From Tubiluchus corallicola (lineage: Eukaryota > Animalia > Priapulida), in NCBI GenBank assembly GCA_030141605.1, contig JAQGDQ010000023.1, positions 620,001 through 684,000 of the forward strand: a stretch of 64,000 nucleotides of DNA. The letters run 5' to 3'. The translations under genes and the position numbers were made by a program. This document shows, piece after piece, positions 39,901-51,700 of this stretch. Within the stretch, counting starts at the first letter, position 1, and every line of letters begins with the position of its first letter. The notes under the pieces were generated by a model that did no database searches, was not told where the DNA came from, and saw only the letters and a program-made list of their open reading frames with translations.

Positions 39901-42900
39901 TCCTGGGATTAAATAATCAATTCATTAGTTTATTCCCGTTATGAAAACCACACACAAAATGTAAGGAAATACTATAAGAGGCATAAAGAAAACCTATTAA
40001 ATATTACCGTGTCTTAAAAATAAATAAACTTGGTTAAACAGGTTAAAGCTTTAAGGAATTTTTTATTCCGGGTCCCTTAGTCATGTAAAATTACTAAAAC
40101 AATAGTTCCCTCGGTGATTTATAAGAAAACTACCCGAATTAACCATAACGAGACCACCAGCATTGTACCTTACATTAAAATCAACCTATAATTAATATGG
40201 TAGCAGATCTTCTAATATCATATGTGCATACATTCGTGCAAACGAAAAAGTTAGGTCTATGTATAGTGTTCATTGTAAGCTACTTTGAATTTAGTTAATT
40301 TAGCTATTTTAGTTAATTTGAATCGAAGTGAAAACCATGCAAAATCATTAAAAATAGTTAACGTAATTCTCACTAACAATACTGTAGGTGAATCGACGAC
40401 TTTTATCAAAAATTATAAAAATTATGTTTCACTTTCCATTCTCTGTTTTCTTTCTTATTGTAGTGCTGTCACTGTGCAACACTTTAACATTCCTTATTGT
40501 TATTTAACCTGTTTCCAACAGAAGGTTGTAGTTAAAGAAAAGAATTGGTTGTGGTTAAAGAAAAGGCACGGCACGGCACGGCACGGCACGGCACGGCACG
40601 GCACGGCACGACACGACACGCCACCACGACACGATAAGACGAGACGAGACGAGACGAGACGAGACGAGACGAGACGAGACGAGACGAGACGAGACAAGAC
40701 AAGATAAGACAAGATAAGATAAGATAAACATTTATTTTACGTCCATTTTAAAAAGCTGCAAGAACTTGTGTCACCGACGAATTAAATAAAACCATTCAAT
40801 TACAGTTAAAAACTACTTAATTCATTTATAATGTTGCAATAATTCTCGCTAGACTTCGAAACTGCCTTGTTTCCTAGGGAGAAGGTTACGATGCACGAAC
40901 GTATTTTAACAACACAATCATCGTAATGAGTGAATTCGCTTGGGGAATATTGGAGATGGGTGACAGGGCTTATGAAGTTTCATGTAGATTTGGTGGAACG
41001 CAGGTTGAGAGCTTGAACTACAATCTTCAAGTACCGTAAGTAGCAAATGTGTCAAAGTATTCTGTAAAATATAAATCATGTAAATGTGAAAATCTTTATA
41101 GTGCCTTATGTGTTCCGTGCGAAGTGCATGTTAGCACAGTGGCATACTTACGACTCAAATAAACTTAAAATGATATTTCATGCACTATTTTAATTTCAGA
41201 GATGTAGACGCAAACCAAGTAACTTCCACACCCATAAGATTCAGCTCCTGTAACATGAAAATTGTGGAAGGAAGAAATCCTGTCATTGCTGGCGTTTCTG
41301 TCCTCAATCTTGGACAAATTGCAACCATGGCTTTTTGGATTGACAACCAGGGTACGAATAACAAATTTATAACGAGTGTAAAGCGGTTAAATTATATTTA
41401 CGAAAGAAAAGGTAAATTATTATCTTTTTTGAGGAGTACAGATGCTTTGTCCTTGCAGCATTAGGCCTGTCTGTGTAAATTTCTCGGACTAGATATCAAG
41501 TCAGTCTTAAAATAGAAAACAGACACAAATGATTGATGCAACTAAGAAAATAGATTTCTTAAACTATTAACAAAAATAGTTATTTTAGGGGCCGTTTGGA
41601 ACATTCTTAATTTTTTCATTTTTATCCGGAGAACGGTGTTACACTTGTGGTCTGAAATATTGTCTTATGTCATTTCTTATTGTGTGATTTCTCAGGCTAT
41701 TTTTCGTTCTGATAGTGTAATCGAGAGTCTTCGCAGAGATACTTACTTAGTCTGTTGGTGTTATTTTGCAGGTGGAATATTTGATCTTTCTGTATTTGAC
41801 TGTTACGCTCATGATGGCATGGGAATGTCTAGACTCGAACTTATTGACGAAGATGGGTAAAAACTTCAATGTGGAACAATTAAATTAACACTGCAAAGCT
41901 TGTTATCATCATTAACAGTTTAGTTAATAAGCTGGTACCTGTTGTTGTTGTTGTTGTTGTTGTTGCTCCTGTTGTGATTCAGCGTTTTATCATCTGCAGC
42001 AGCACTAACAACATCGCCACAAGCATTATCATTAAAGAAAATGCCTTCTGATCATTTTCTTGTTATTTTTGCAGTTGTCCAGCTCACAAGAAAGTCATTG
42101 GACATTCCCAGCGATCAACAGGAATCAGCCGTGGCAACACTTACATGTTTGCGCATTTTAAAGCATTCAAGTTCCCGGATGTGACAAATGTCTACTTCTC
42201 ATGTCAGTGTAGAGTGTGCTTTGATCATTGTTATCCTGTAAGTACACATTTTGGGCCTGTAGCAATATTCTTAATTTTGACAAAATTTTAAGGCGCTAAA
42301 TTTTAAATCTTATTATCAACAGAGACAGCTGAAAATCAGGCTTTTAAAATGTCATTTCCATTAAAACAAACAATATAATCACCCTAATAAGATTTAGATA
42401 TTGCAAGTATTAAGCTTATTATACACCAAATAAAAAATAAACAATATACATTAAGACACATACATATACATACACCATATACATTATATAAGAACATGCA
42501 ATACATTCATATGCACATAAGAAGCAACACAATAGTGAGGGGCGGTTTAGGGGAGACATAAAGAGCAAGCGCTTCTTTAGAAAATATTAAGAAAGCATTT
42601 TAGGATTGACATAATTTAATCACCGTTTAAAAAGGTTTGCATTTCGAGCTTTTATCAATGGTGCATCATTTGCAATTTCTTGTAAACTATTCCAAACCGG
42701 AGCAGCATTATTAAACAAGAATGAACAAATGTTTTTAGCAGATCGCCTAACATACATTTTAAGCGAATCGTTACTTCTTGTAATCACTAGATGTAGCTAA
42801 ACTAAAAAACTGATCAAACACCAAGAACTTTTTTCCATGCAGAAACTAGTTAGGCATTTATATGCGGCTCTTTTTTTCCTGTTATAGTAAAGTTAATAAC

Positions 42901-45124
42901 GGCAACAATGAATAGGTGTTAGACTAAAATAATACAAAATGAAATAAAACAAAGAAAAATAGCTCGACGGTTACATATATTAACACGAAGTTACTACGCC
43001 TTAAATATAGGCAACATAGTAACTTGCGCCATCTGTTGATAGTCATTGTGAATACATTAGATCACTTTTGATCGATTATCCTTCATTAGCAAATACTAAC
43101 ATTCACCTGCACTAAAATATAAAGCTAGACAAGCATCTTTTCCGGATATTTTTAATGATGTCATTATTTCAGACTGAATGTGACGCAAGAAGGAGGAAGC
43201 GTGATACAAGTGAAATGACGTCAAGTGATCGCTTGATACGTGATCCTGAAGGCAATGAGATCAAACCTGGCGAATCCGTGGGTGATGAATTAATGAGTGA
43301 AAGCATAACTGTCATGGTACCCGGAGCTGAGACAATTATATATGATGGTATGTTAAGCACAAAAGCCCAACTGCTGGCCAGTGATTGTGAACATCAACAG
43401 ATTTAACTTTGAAAAATTTCAGACATAGATGGATTCTATAGGACATATCCATATTATTAGAAGAAAATCGCAAAATGTTTCAACACCTGTCTTGTGTCAT
43501 CCTCAGTTGAAAGTGTTCAAAAGGCGTTGTTGGCAAAACAGGAAGTAATAAAGTGGATGAACTGCCATAATCATTATACATAAGTAATTGCAGTTCACAG
43601 AGATTCAGTATGTGCTGTGTGAACTGGTTGTATATGTAGTTTTAGCAGGCGCTGAAGCTGATATAGCACGCAAAGCACGCAAAAAATATCAGGCTTGGCT
43701 GCATATTCTAAGCTCACAACATTTTTTGAATTTTTGAATCATTTGAAACTTTTTCGAATCTTACCACAGAAAAAACTACACATTCTATCATTGCTTGTAG
43801 AACTTTGTATTCTTGTACCATTCTGAATTGCCTTCAATGAATGAAATCAATGCCTTCCAAGGACGCCGGCACAGAAAGATGTTGAGTATAAAATGACCAA
43901 AGAAAATCTTAGATCAGGATCCATATCATATAACAAAGAACAAGGATTGGATTGAGGTCATTCAGAAATGTCGGCTTTGGTGGATTGGACATGTCATTAG
44001 ATTACCATAGGATTCTCCACTTACTACAGCATTACATCAAGCACTAATGCCTGGGAAGAGGACGACAGCTGATAGCATATTTAAATGTTCTGAAGAAAGA
44101 TTCATTAAGTACTCCACTTGACTTAAACAACGTAGATACTTGGCATGAGGCAGCAGAGCGGAGACATCACATCACATTATGAATGATGCAATATTGCATA
44201 ACGGAAGCGCCTAACCTAAGATGATGATGTATGCAGTAGGACGCATCTGGGAGGAGATGCAATGAAAGAACACAATACAAATTGAAAAATTTTAAAATAC
44301 GGATGGAATTAAATAAAAGGACTTTAAAATGAACATAAACCTGGTTTTAATCGTGAGCAGTTCTATCCCGTTAACTCACTTCACTTAAATATTTTAATTT
44401 CGTATTATGCTTCGCCATTCAGCTCTGCCCAGCTTCATCTTAGTACATAAAGTATTGTGATACTGACTGTAATTACTTCCGCATAATGTTGTGACATTTG
44501 AACAAAGTGTGACTTTCTGATTTGACTAACTCCACACTTTGAACGTTCGGCATTCTACTGATGATCACACAAGACAGGTGTTGAAATGTTCTGATATTAT
44601 GTTTTAATATTGTGAATATGTTCCATGCAATCGTTCTGTGTCTGAAGCTTTTATTTACAAACATATTCAGGAAACATTAAAGATGAAATGAGACATGATT
44701 CATTAAGAATATTTCATTATTAATATTCGCGCACTAAGTTAGGTCAGTGACACTGCATGAAAAGCAGTACATCACGTGTAGGCCCACATTTAAGGGTTAG
44801 CAAACAAATATTTGCTGACTTTACATCTGGTATGAAGGCGTCTGCAGCTGAAGCAGAATGACTGTTTACTTTTGTGTGATATTATCTAATGTATTTTAAT
44901 TTTCCTTTGATGCAGAAGAATCAGGGGCCATCCGTCGTGTATCCAGTGATCAGACAACAACCATTGGCAGTGCATGCGTACCACGTATCACTTTCATTGC
45001 TGGAATCAGTGGCATCGTGGCGTTGCTGTTCTTGACCATTATTGTAGCTGGTGTGATTCATGCCAGGTCGCGCCAGACCAAACGCACTGACAGTACCGAT
45101 AACTTCAGTTTTAGAGGAAACTAA
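30924..45124 (+). CDS. Cuticlin-like zona pellucida (ZP) domain transmembrane protein (about 428 aa, 9 coding exons)
   Basis: Exons 30924-30959, 39082-39196, 39690-39883, 40878-41035, 41200-41351, 41772-41856, 42075-42237, 43173-43347, 44916-45124, all GT-AG and phase-consistent. Signal peptide MNRITALWLLCLAAYAKG. ZP-N motifs VFC..FEGAVYAKG..GC..LDGCG..NTII..YEVSC. ZP-C motifs CYAHDG..LIDEDGCP..FKAFKFPDVTNVYFSCQCRVC. Furin site RRRKR, TM helix ITFIAGISGIVALLFLTIIVAGVI, short cytoplasmic tail. Confidence 0.92.
31150..31790 (-). mobile_element. Decayed LINE reverse-transcriptase relic in ZP intron
   Basis: Minus strand ELTDGVRQGSSIEPTLFQVYIK near 31460-31520 matches the RT motif GVRQG..LSP.LF..Y. 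Multiple stops. Confidence 0.55.
34778..34990. repeat. Direct repeat, 30 bp identical, 160 bp apart
   Basis: TAAAACTTATATTAGCTGCAGGTCAGTAAT at 34778 and 34938. Confidence 0.85.
35437..35761. repeat. Old foldback element (imperfect ~130-bp inverted arms)
   Basis: ATTTATGACACTGCAACTAC (35562-35581) versus GTAGTTGCAGCGACATAAAT (35638-35657), 18/20 complementary. Similarity extends outward. Confidence 0.6.
40565..40727. repeat. Graded pentamer microsatellite (GGCAC)n-(GACAC)-(GAGAC)n-(AAGAT)n
   Basis: Seen directly. It abuts a minus-strand AATAAA at 40731-40736. Confidence 0.95.
42400..42790 (-). mobile_element. CR1/L2-like LINE 3' relic
   Basis: Minus strand LFNNAAPVWNSLQEI...LFKR, followed by a 3' UTR-like segment with CCCCTCAC like the 11790 copy. 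Confidence 0.4.
43410..44660. repeat. Pair of ~200-bp inverted repeats within the last ZP intron
   Basis: 43478-43507 TTTCAACACCTGTCTTGTGTCATCCTCAGT matches the reverse complement of 44557-44586 at 28/30. Weaker similarity spans about 43410-43600 and 44460-44660. Confidence 0.8.
43840..44230 (+). mobile_element. RTE-like LINE 3' relic
   Basis: QGRRHRKMLSIK*PKKI...WIEVIQKCRLWWIGHVIRLP*DSP matches the RTE RL.W.GHV.R motif. Ends in an (ATG)n tail at 44222. Confidence 0.6.
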
Positions 45125-46721
45125 GAGCTCAAAATCAAAATGCCAGAAATCTTTGCTCACAAGTCAATGAGAATAGAAAACAAGGTATGCCGTCTTGGGA
45201 ATTAAGTAAATTAAATTTATCAAAACCCAGAAATTTGAATCGATCAATAAAATAAATTTCTGCAACTTAAAATTTTTAATAATAATTAATTATTGTTATG
45301 TGCGCTATAACTAATTAACATTCTTACCAGTACTGACAAATCTAAACCAAAGTTTGTGTAATTTTATCTGATAGTTCACAGTGCAACGCACTTTCAATAG
45401 ACAAATTTGGGACATTTGCAATTTGATATTCTATAAACTTTGTTGTTTATATTGCCGCGTTAGTTATATTTAACATTTTCACGATTTTCTACGGGGGTTT
45501 GTAACTAAAATAAATTTAGCTTTTATCACGTGTATTTTGTACGGACAAATAATAAGCAAAATAGGTTTCATTATTGTGAGCTTCAGTAAATCTGTCAGAA
45601 AACTGTGTTAGATAAGAAGTTATACGGTAGTAACCACTAATCAGTACTTTTAAAGCCTATAATAACAACCCGAATGCTTTGCGTAGATCTAACCTTTGTG
45701 CTTTTGTAAGACTACAATATATTTTTTAAAAAGTTCAAGTTCTAAAGCTTTGAAAGTCATTTTTAATGCTCGCACATGCAGTGTGGTCATTTCAAAAATT
45801 TCAAAATGTGCCAATTATTAAGTTACAGATCGACATTGTTATGACCTATCAATGTCAATTTTGTCTGGGTGATAGACCTATCACTATATATTAAGAAAAA
45901 TATATAAATGAAAAAAACAAACAAGAAAAACGAAGTTTGCAGTTAAGTAGACATCTTCTGAAGTCCGTCACGGTAGTAATTAAGTAGTTCGCCTTAATTA
46001 GTTGTAAGTTATTATGTAGTTATATGTACATATTTATCTATTATTATATGTTACGAACTGGAATAGTAAGAGAGACAGTGAAAACTCTATACAGGAATTT
46101 TCATTAGAATCTAAATGCTCAATTTTAATTGTAATGTGCAAAGCTTCAGAGTGTTAGCACATCTGCGCTACTGCTGTGATAATCTGTGTTAAGCGTGTTG
46201 TCGTTTTGTTGTTACTTTTGTGTAAACCTGGTAAAATTTAATAGTTTTTGCGTACCATCTACATAGTGCAAATGCCTGCATCAATGTATAATTATTATAT
46301 AAATAAAAAGTATGCTATTTTGAAATGTTTCCTTATGCATTTATAAGTTTAATTTTACTTACTAACAAAAATTTCTAATTGCATTTCAAAATGGATGTTA
46401 CCAGATACGTAGCAGATTCGCACCCAGCATGAATAGAGGTTTTGGTTTTCAGTGGAAACAGTTTCATGAAATTCTTTTTTTAGATGCTACGTTGTTAGTT
46501 GATTCTTAATAAACACTTCAAAAAGAAAAACAACATTTCATGAAATCCTTGCTGTTAGGACTATAATAAGTATATAAATTAGACCGAACAGTTTGAGCCA
46601 CTGCTAATAAGCATGCAATTTAAATTTCCTATTTCATTTTTGTTTAGCTAAGCCCTAAGCTAAAAAGCCTTACCGAAAGCTTACCCTAAGCTAAAATTCT
46701 CATTACCTATTATGCCACATG

Positions 46722-46899
46722 GGAAGGAGTTTATAATTCTCCACACAATTTAAATACCTTAACCCTAACCTAGCCCTAATCTTAACCCTAACCCAACCCT
46801 GACCCCATCCCTAAACCTAACCCTAATCCTAATCCTAACGTTAATCCTAATCCGCTTTTGGAACTAATTTCTTGTGTGAGGGAATTGTAAACTTTAGCC
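46722..46899. mobile_element. MITE with ~25-bp TIRs, 8-bp TSD and degenerate (TAACCC)n core
   Basis: GCCACATG at 46714-46721 and 46900-46907. AGTTTATAATTCTCCACACA versus TGTGTGAGGGAATTGTAAACT. About 15 TAACCC-like units at 46757-46852. Confidence 0.75.
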
Positions 46900-47663
46900 G
46901 CCACATGAATATGAAAAAAGATTTGTAGATGTTTGTCAAGTTGTAGCTTATAGAGTTCTTACAGTGAGTTAAACTTAATTTGATGTTCATATTTTAAATT
47001 TGAAAGTAGCTTGATAATTAATTTGGCTATGAAATAATGATGATATTCTACACTGAGAAAGATATCGAAGACTGTTGAAGAATCGTAATATTATAAATTA
47101 CTATTTCGAGGCAGGAGACGGAGTTGGAATCAGACGTTCCAAAATTCTATGAGCCAGAATCTGGGATTCTTTCTACCGACAGCCCTGTGCTGCTGCTACT
47201 CTTCCTGTTGTTTGCTAGTCTTACTTGATTACAAAATGAAATACAATTCTTCACATTTTTTGTCCATTTTTTAATTTTTGACATACCAGCCACGCAACTC
47301 ATAGATTCTTGAAGAATCTGACCTGCCCACATCAATGCTCATTCGTAACTACAGTCATGTATTTCCTAACAATTAATTCGCACATGATAACGCAATTTTA
47401 ATCTTGTTTGAGGCGAAGAACGAGAGTAGTGTTACTTTCAGATTCCGAAATTTATATCAGTATTGGGTTTAAATAACGTACACGCACACTGCCAGTACAT
47501 CCTTAAGTTAAAATTAAGTATAATATTAGGCATACCTTTTTTATAGGCCTATGCATGTGTACAAAAAATTGAGTTCTTCTTGCCGCTTGGATAATCAAAT
47601 TTTACTCAAAATATTTCGTTTTCGTTTTCATTCCACAGCTTACAATCACCGAAGACCTTTTCG

Positions 47664-47785
47664 ACAAAACGCAAAATTTTGCGTGGTAATGGAAAAGGTT
47701 TGCGAGGAAATGCGAAACTTTGCGAGTGATCGCAATACTTTGCGAAGGAACGCAAAAGGTTTGCGTTTGCTCGTAAAATTTTTTC
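47664..47785. repeat. ~21-bp tandem repeat with self-complementary units (CGCAAA..TTTGCG)
   Basis: About five units seen directly. Confidence 0.65.
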
Positions 47786-48778
47786 AGAAAAATTTATATT
47801 GTCGCCTTACGGGCTCTGTAAAATTCTTATTACTAATAAAAAATTGTTGCCTGTTCCCTATTAAACACTTTATCAGACGACATTTTTTAATTAGCATTTC
47901 ATTTTAACCCAAAACACTTTTAACGATATTATTGTTAAAAAATGGTTTTAAAAGACTGAAAGACAGCACAAATTAAAATCTACAATAAGTTACAGAATGT
48001 TACTTTGTAACAAAAGTCACGTGACTTTCAACTTGCCAATATGTGAATTATGTGAATGTGATTTTATTCGTTTCTTTCATTGATTCTGAATATGCCCTTT
48101 AGGAAAAGTAAGTGCAACCAATAAAAAAAAACTAAGAAAAATTTTCTTGCAAGGACTAGGGTTGGAACCAAAATGAAAAGTAAAAGCAAAAAAGCCTTAT
48201 ATCTTTTACCGTGACGTTTTCAACTTCCTACCTATCGAGTACAATTCTTATTAAGCGCATATTTGAACAAACTACAGCTACTCCGGATCCAGGCTGGAGA
48301 AGGTGTTCTTTAAAAGAGAAACTCGACATATCAACATCATCGTTTTTATATATAAAAAAGTAATGATAGATTTGGCAAATCTCTATTAATCGTTTGCGAA
48401 TCTAGATTTTTTGGAATGTGCTTATTTTTGTTCTTGGTGAGCTACACTTCTCTCCTATGTTTTTATAGAAATGAAACAGGTGAGATGTGTACGCTAGTGG
48501 TAAATCGCGGACTACTATATTTATGCTTAAGTCAACAAGGAACAAACTATTTAGTTATAAAACACCGAGTGACGCTCGTAATTAGACGCATTCATTATGC
48601 GTTAACGTTTATGGTTGAAATGTTTAACAAAACTACAATTTAGATATTATAAACTTAAATTATGGAATTAAACATGCACCAGACGTTGTATAATCCACAA
48701 ACGTGGATCTCATCTGATTCTTACTCAAGAGATCACGCTTTTTATTTTCCTCTGTCGTTTTGGAAAAAAGCAGAGACA

Positions 48779-51700
48779 ATGGACGACGTAATTTGTAACA
48801 CAAGGTTTTCCTCAGGTGAGTAAATGAAGCCATGTTTTATTCGTTCTTGTAATGTTGATTCTAGAAGAATTGATGGACAAAATTTAAGCTGAAACAAAAC
48901 ATAGGACTGTGTGCCTCAATGGTTAATTAATAGTTAGCTCAATTGGTAATGTCATTATAAACTATTATGCATTTTTTCTATCAGTAGCGCTTAATGAAAG
49001 TGATGCAACGACGACAATGATTGCCTCGTCAACCTGAAAAAATATGCAAAATTTAATGCAAGTACTGTACTTAAGGCAAGCAACCACAGTTCCTAATTAG
49101 CAGCTCAGTATAATATAATTACTACTTACGTGCAATAGTAGTTATTAGAAATCAAATCTTATGACTGAGGAGTCTCAAAGTCTCATTCATTGAATACCCT
49201 AAACGCGCCATTCTTATTAGGCATTTTTTATTTTAGCTGCTAACCTTTTCCATTGAGTAAAACTCTTGAATTTGTCGCTTGTCTTTCGAACAACGAAACA
49301 ATGTGCAAATGGCATATACTTTTAGTGAGTAAAATTGCACTGTCTTGTATATGCGCTAACAAAAATCAATAATTGACAAAGAAATTTTGCAAGATTTGCT
49401 GAGGATTTTGTTAGCAGTTCATACAACATTGGTTGAAAGTCAGCCGCACAAAAAGGTGTTGACATGAAGATTTGAGAGATTTTAGTTTTCGTCAAGTTAC
49501 TTGAAAAATGAAATTAATGTTGTAATTTAATTAATCTTTTTCTCTTTCAGTCCTTTAACTATAAATACTATGCATGTCTGAAATGATTTGTCTAATATTT
49601 CACAAAATTTATATACAACATTGTAAAAACATGATGGTAATACCTTTTTGCTCGAGGGCTACAGAAACAGCAAGAAATAATTGTAATACAATGTAATAAG
49701 CGACTTATTATAAGCAAGTATTGTCCAATTTGCATATGAAATTGAGGGAATGAATCTGTCATTCCCCCAAATTGGTGTAGAAACCTCCCGCCTCACGCCC
49801 AGCCTGCAAGTATTATGTGTCTGCTGGTAGCAGGAAAATTATCATTGCGAATAAGTGCAACAATGTTGAATACAGTGTTATTACCGATCACGATACGTTA
49901 AATGGTTATTCAGAACAAATTCAGTACGATAAAAACATTCACTATTTTTGTGCAAAGTTTGCATCATGTTGGTGTCCTCAGTGTTTCAGCTTCATCCAAT
50001 GGAATGGTCGAAAGAAGACGTTGCTGTTTGGCTAAATTATTGTGCTTCAGAATACTCACTAAACGTTGACATTAAATCAAATTCGCAATTAAATGGTGAG
50101 TTAAAACATTCACTGATAACTGATGACGTAACTGTTAAATCAACTGGCGTGCGCATTTTCAACAGATGCCATTAATACGCAAAAATTTGTTTTCAGTGAT
50201 GTAGCGTAGTAATATTAATGCAACCACGCTGCCCTGTCTCCAGAAACTTCCCATGTCTCTGTATTTTTGATAGCTAATAGTGTGTTAAATAGATCTTTTT
50301 GGATGAAACTTGTGTAAGTCAGCAATTGTACTCCTGCATATTCTTATTAGTATAAATATGTGATATGTTGTCATGTAGCTGTTTAAATTATAAATCTTAT
50401 GTATCACTTTTAACGTAAATTATTGTTAAGCGCCTAAGAAAGTGCTTATTAGTCTTTTCAGTTCGCTACATAAATTAATACACTTTAGTAAAAATAAGAT
50501 GTAAAGCTGAAGACAAAGTTAAAGTGTATTAATTTAGGTAGCGAACTGAAAAGACTAATAAGTACTTTCTTATTAAGTATTCGATTAAAACTTTGGTTTT
50601 TTGTGTTGCACGCAGGAAAAGCCTTCTGTTTGTTAGATAAAGTGGATTTTAGAAATCGGTTTCCAGTAAATGGGGATATCTTGTACAACGCTTTACAATG
50701 TTTATTACGATCATACGGTGAGTAGGCCAGTAGTCCTGTATACAGAAACTGTAAGGCCATCATGTGCTACATTTGTAATGTGCACAACGCTTTTGCAATT
50801 TACTAAACTACTTGTGCTGTAGATCACTGTGACACAACGACAGTCATGACGATGAACGTATAGAAATATGCAGTAATTTAAGTCTGTTAAGTACAGAACT
50901 GTCTAACAATCTCTCAAGTGCCATCAGACCTTTAAAATTATTATAATATAATATTTCCAGATTTATTTTACACACGCATCAAAGATGCTAAATGTCGGAC
51001 TCATAAGAGCTCAGTTCTTTAGATTACAGCAGCCGTTACAAAAAGACATCTATTAATTTTAAATCTTTAATCTTGTACGTGTATTTTATCTGTAAATAAC
51101 TTTCAAGTGGTTATGTGTGTGTGACGTAGTAACTATTGTACATATGTAGCAGTTTTTATTGTATGTGTGTCTTGATATTATGGGTTTTTACCTAGAATAA
51201 AGTACATCTTATCTTATCTTTATCTTTTATAAACCATGGCAATGTCTTAAAATGTCGCCCTTTTCTTTCTTTCTTAACTATTGGCTTTTTTCGTTAATTA
51301 TCACTATTCTTGTCTTTAAGAATTGGATTTGTGTTAATTTCATGATAAATTTTAAAACTGCATCGACTTGAAAGGTGACATTTCTTTTCCATCCAATTAA
51401 AATATGGTACTACTTTTCCATCAAGTAGAAAGGTAGCACTACATTTCCATACGCTCGTGGATTCTTAATTCAGATCGAATTACTCCAGCAGTGTTCAATG
51501 CTATTCAATGTTTCTAACAACGACCGAATGAGCAAGTTGGCTTGCACCTGTATATGAATCAAAACAGTCAATGGTCTGTTAGGAATTCTGCAGAAAGTTA
51601 CTGCTAACCTGTGGGACGCCAATGTGGAATTTAATGCTTTTTAGTATTAATAAATTATTTATAAATATTAATAAATCAATTTTGAATAATATATTAAAAA

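Noticed and set aside
40285-40712. ORFs with HGTAR/DETRR repeats
   Set aside because: Pentamer microsatellite inside a ZP gene intron.
46757-46852. Possible true telomere or chromosome-fusion scar
   Set aside because: Short, degenerate, single orientation, and enclosed by TIRs and a TSD.
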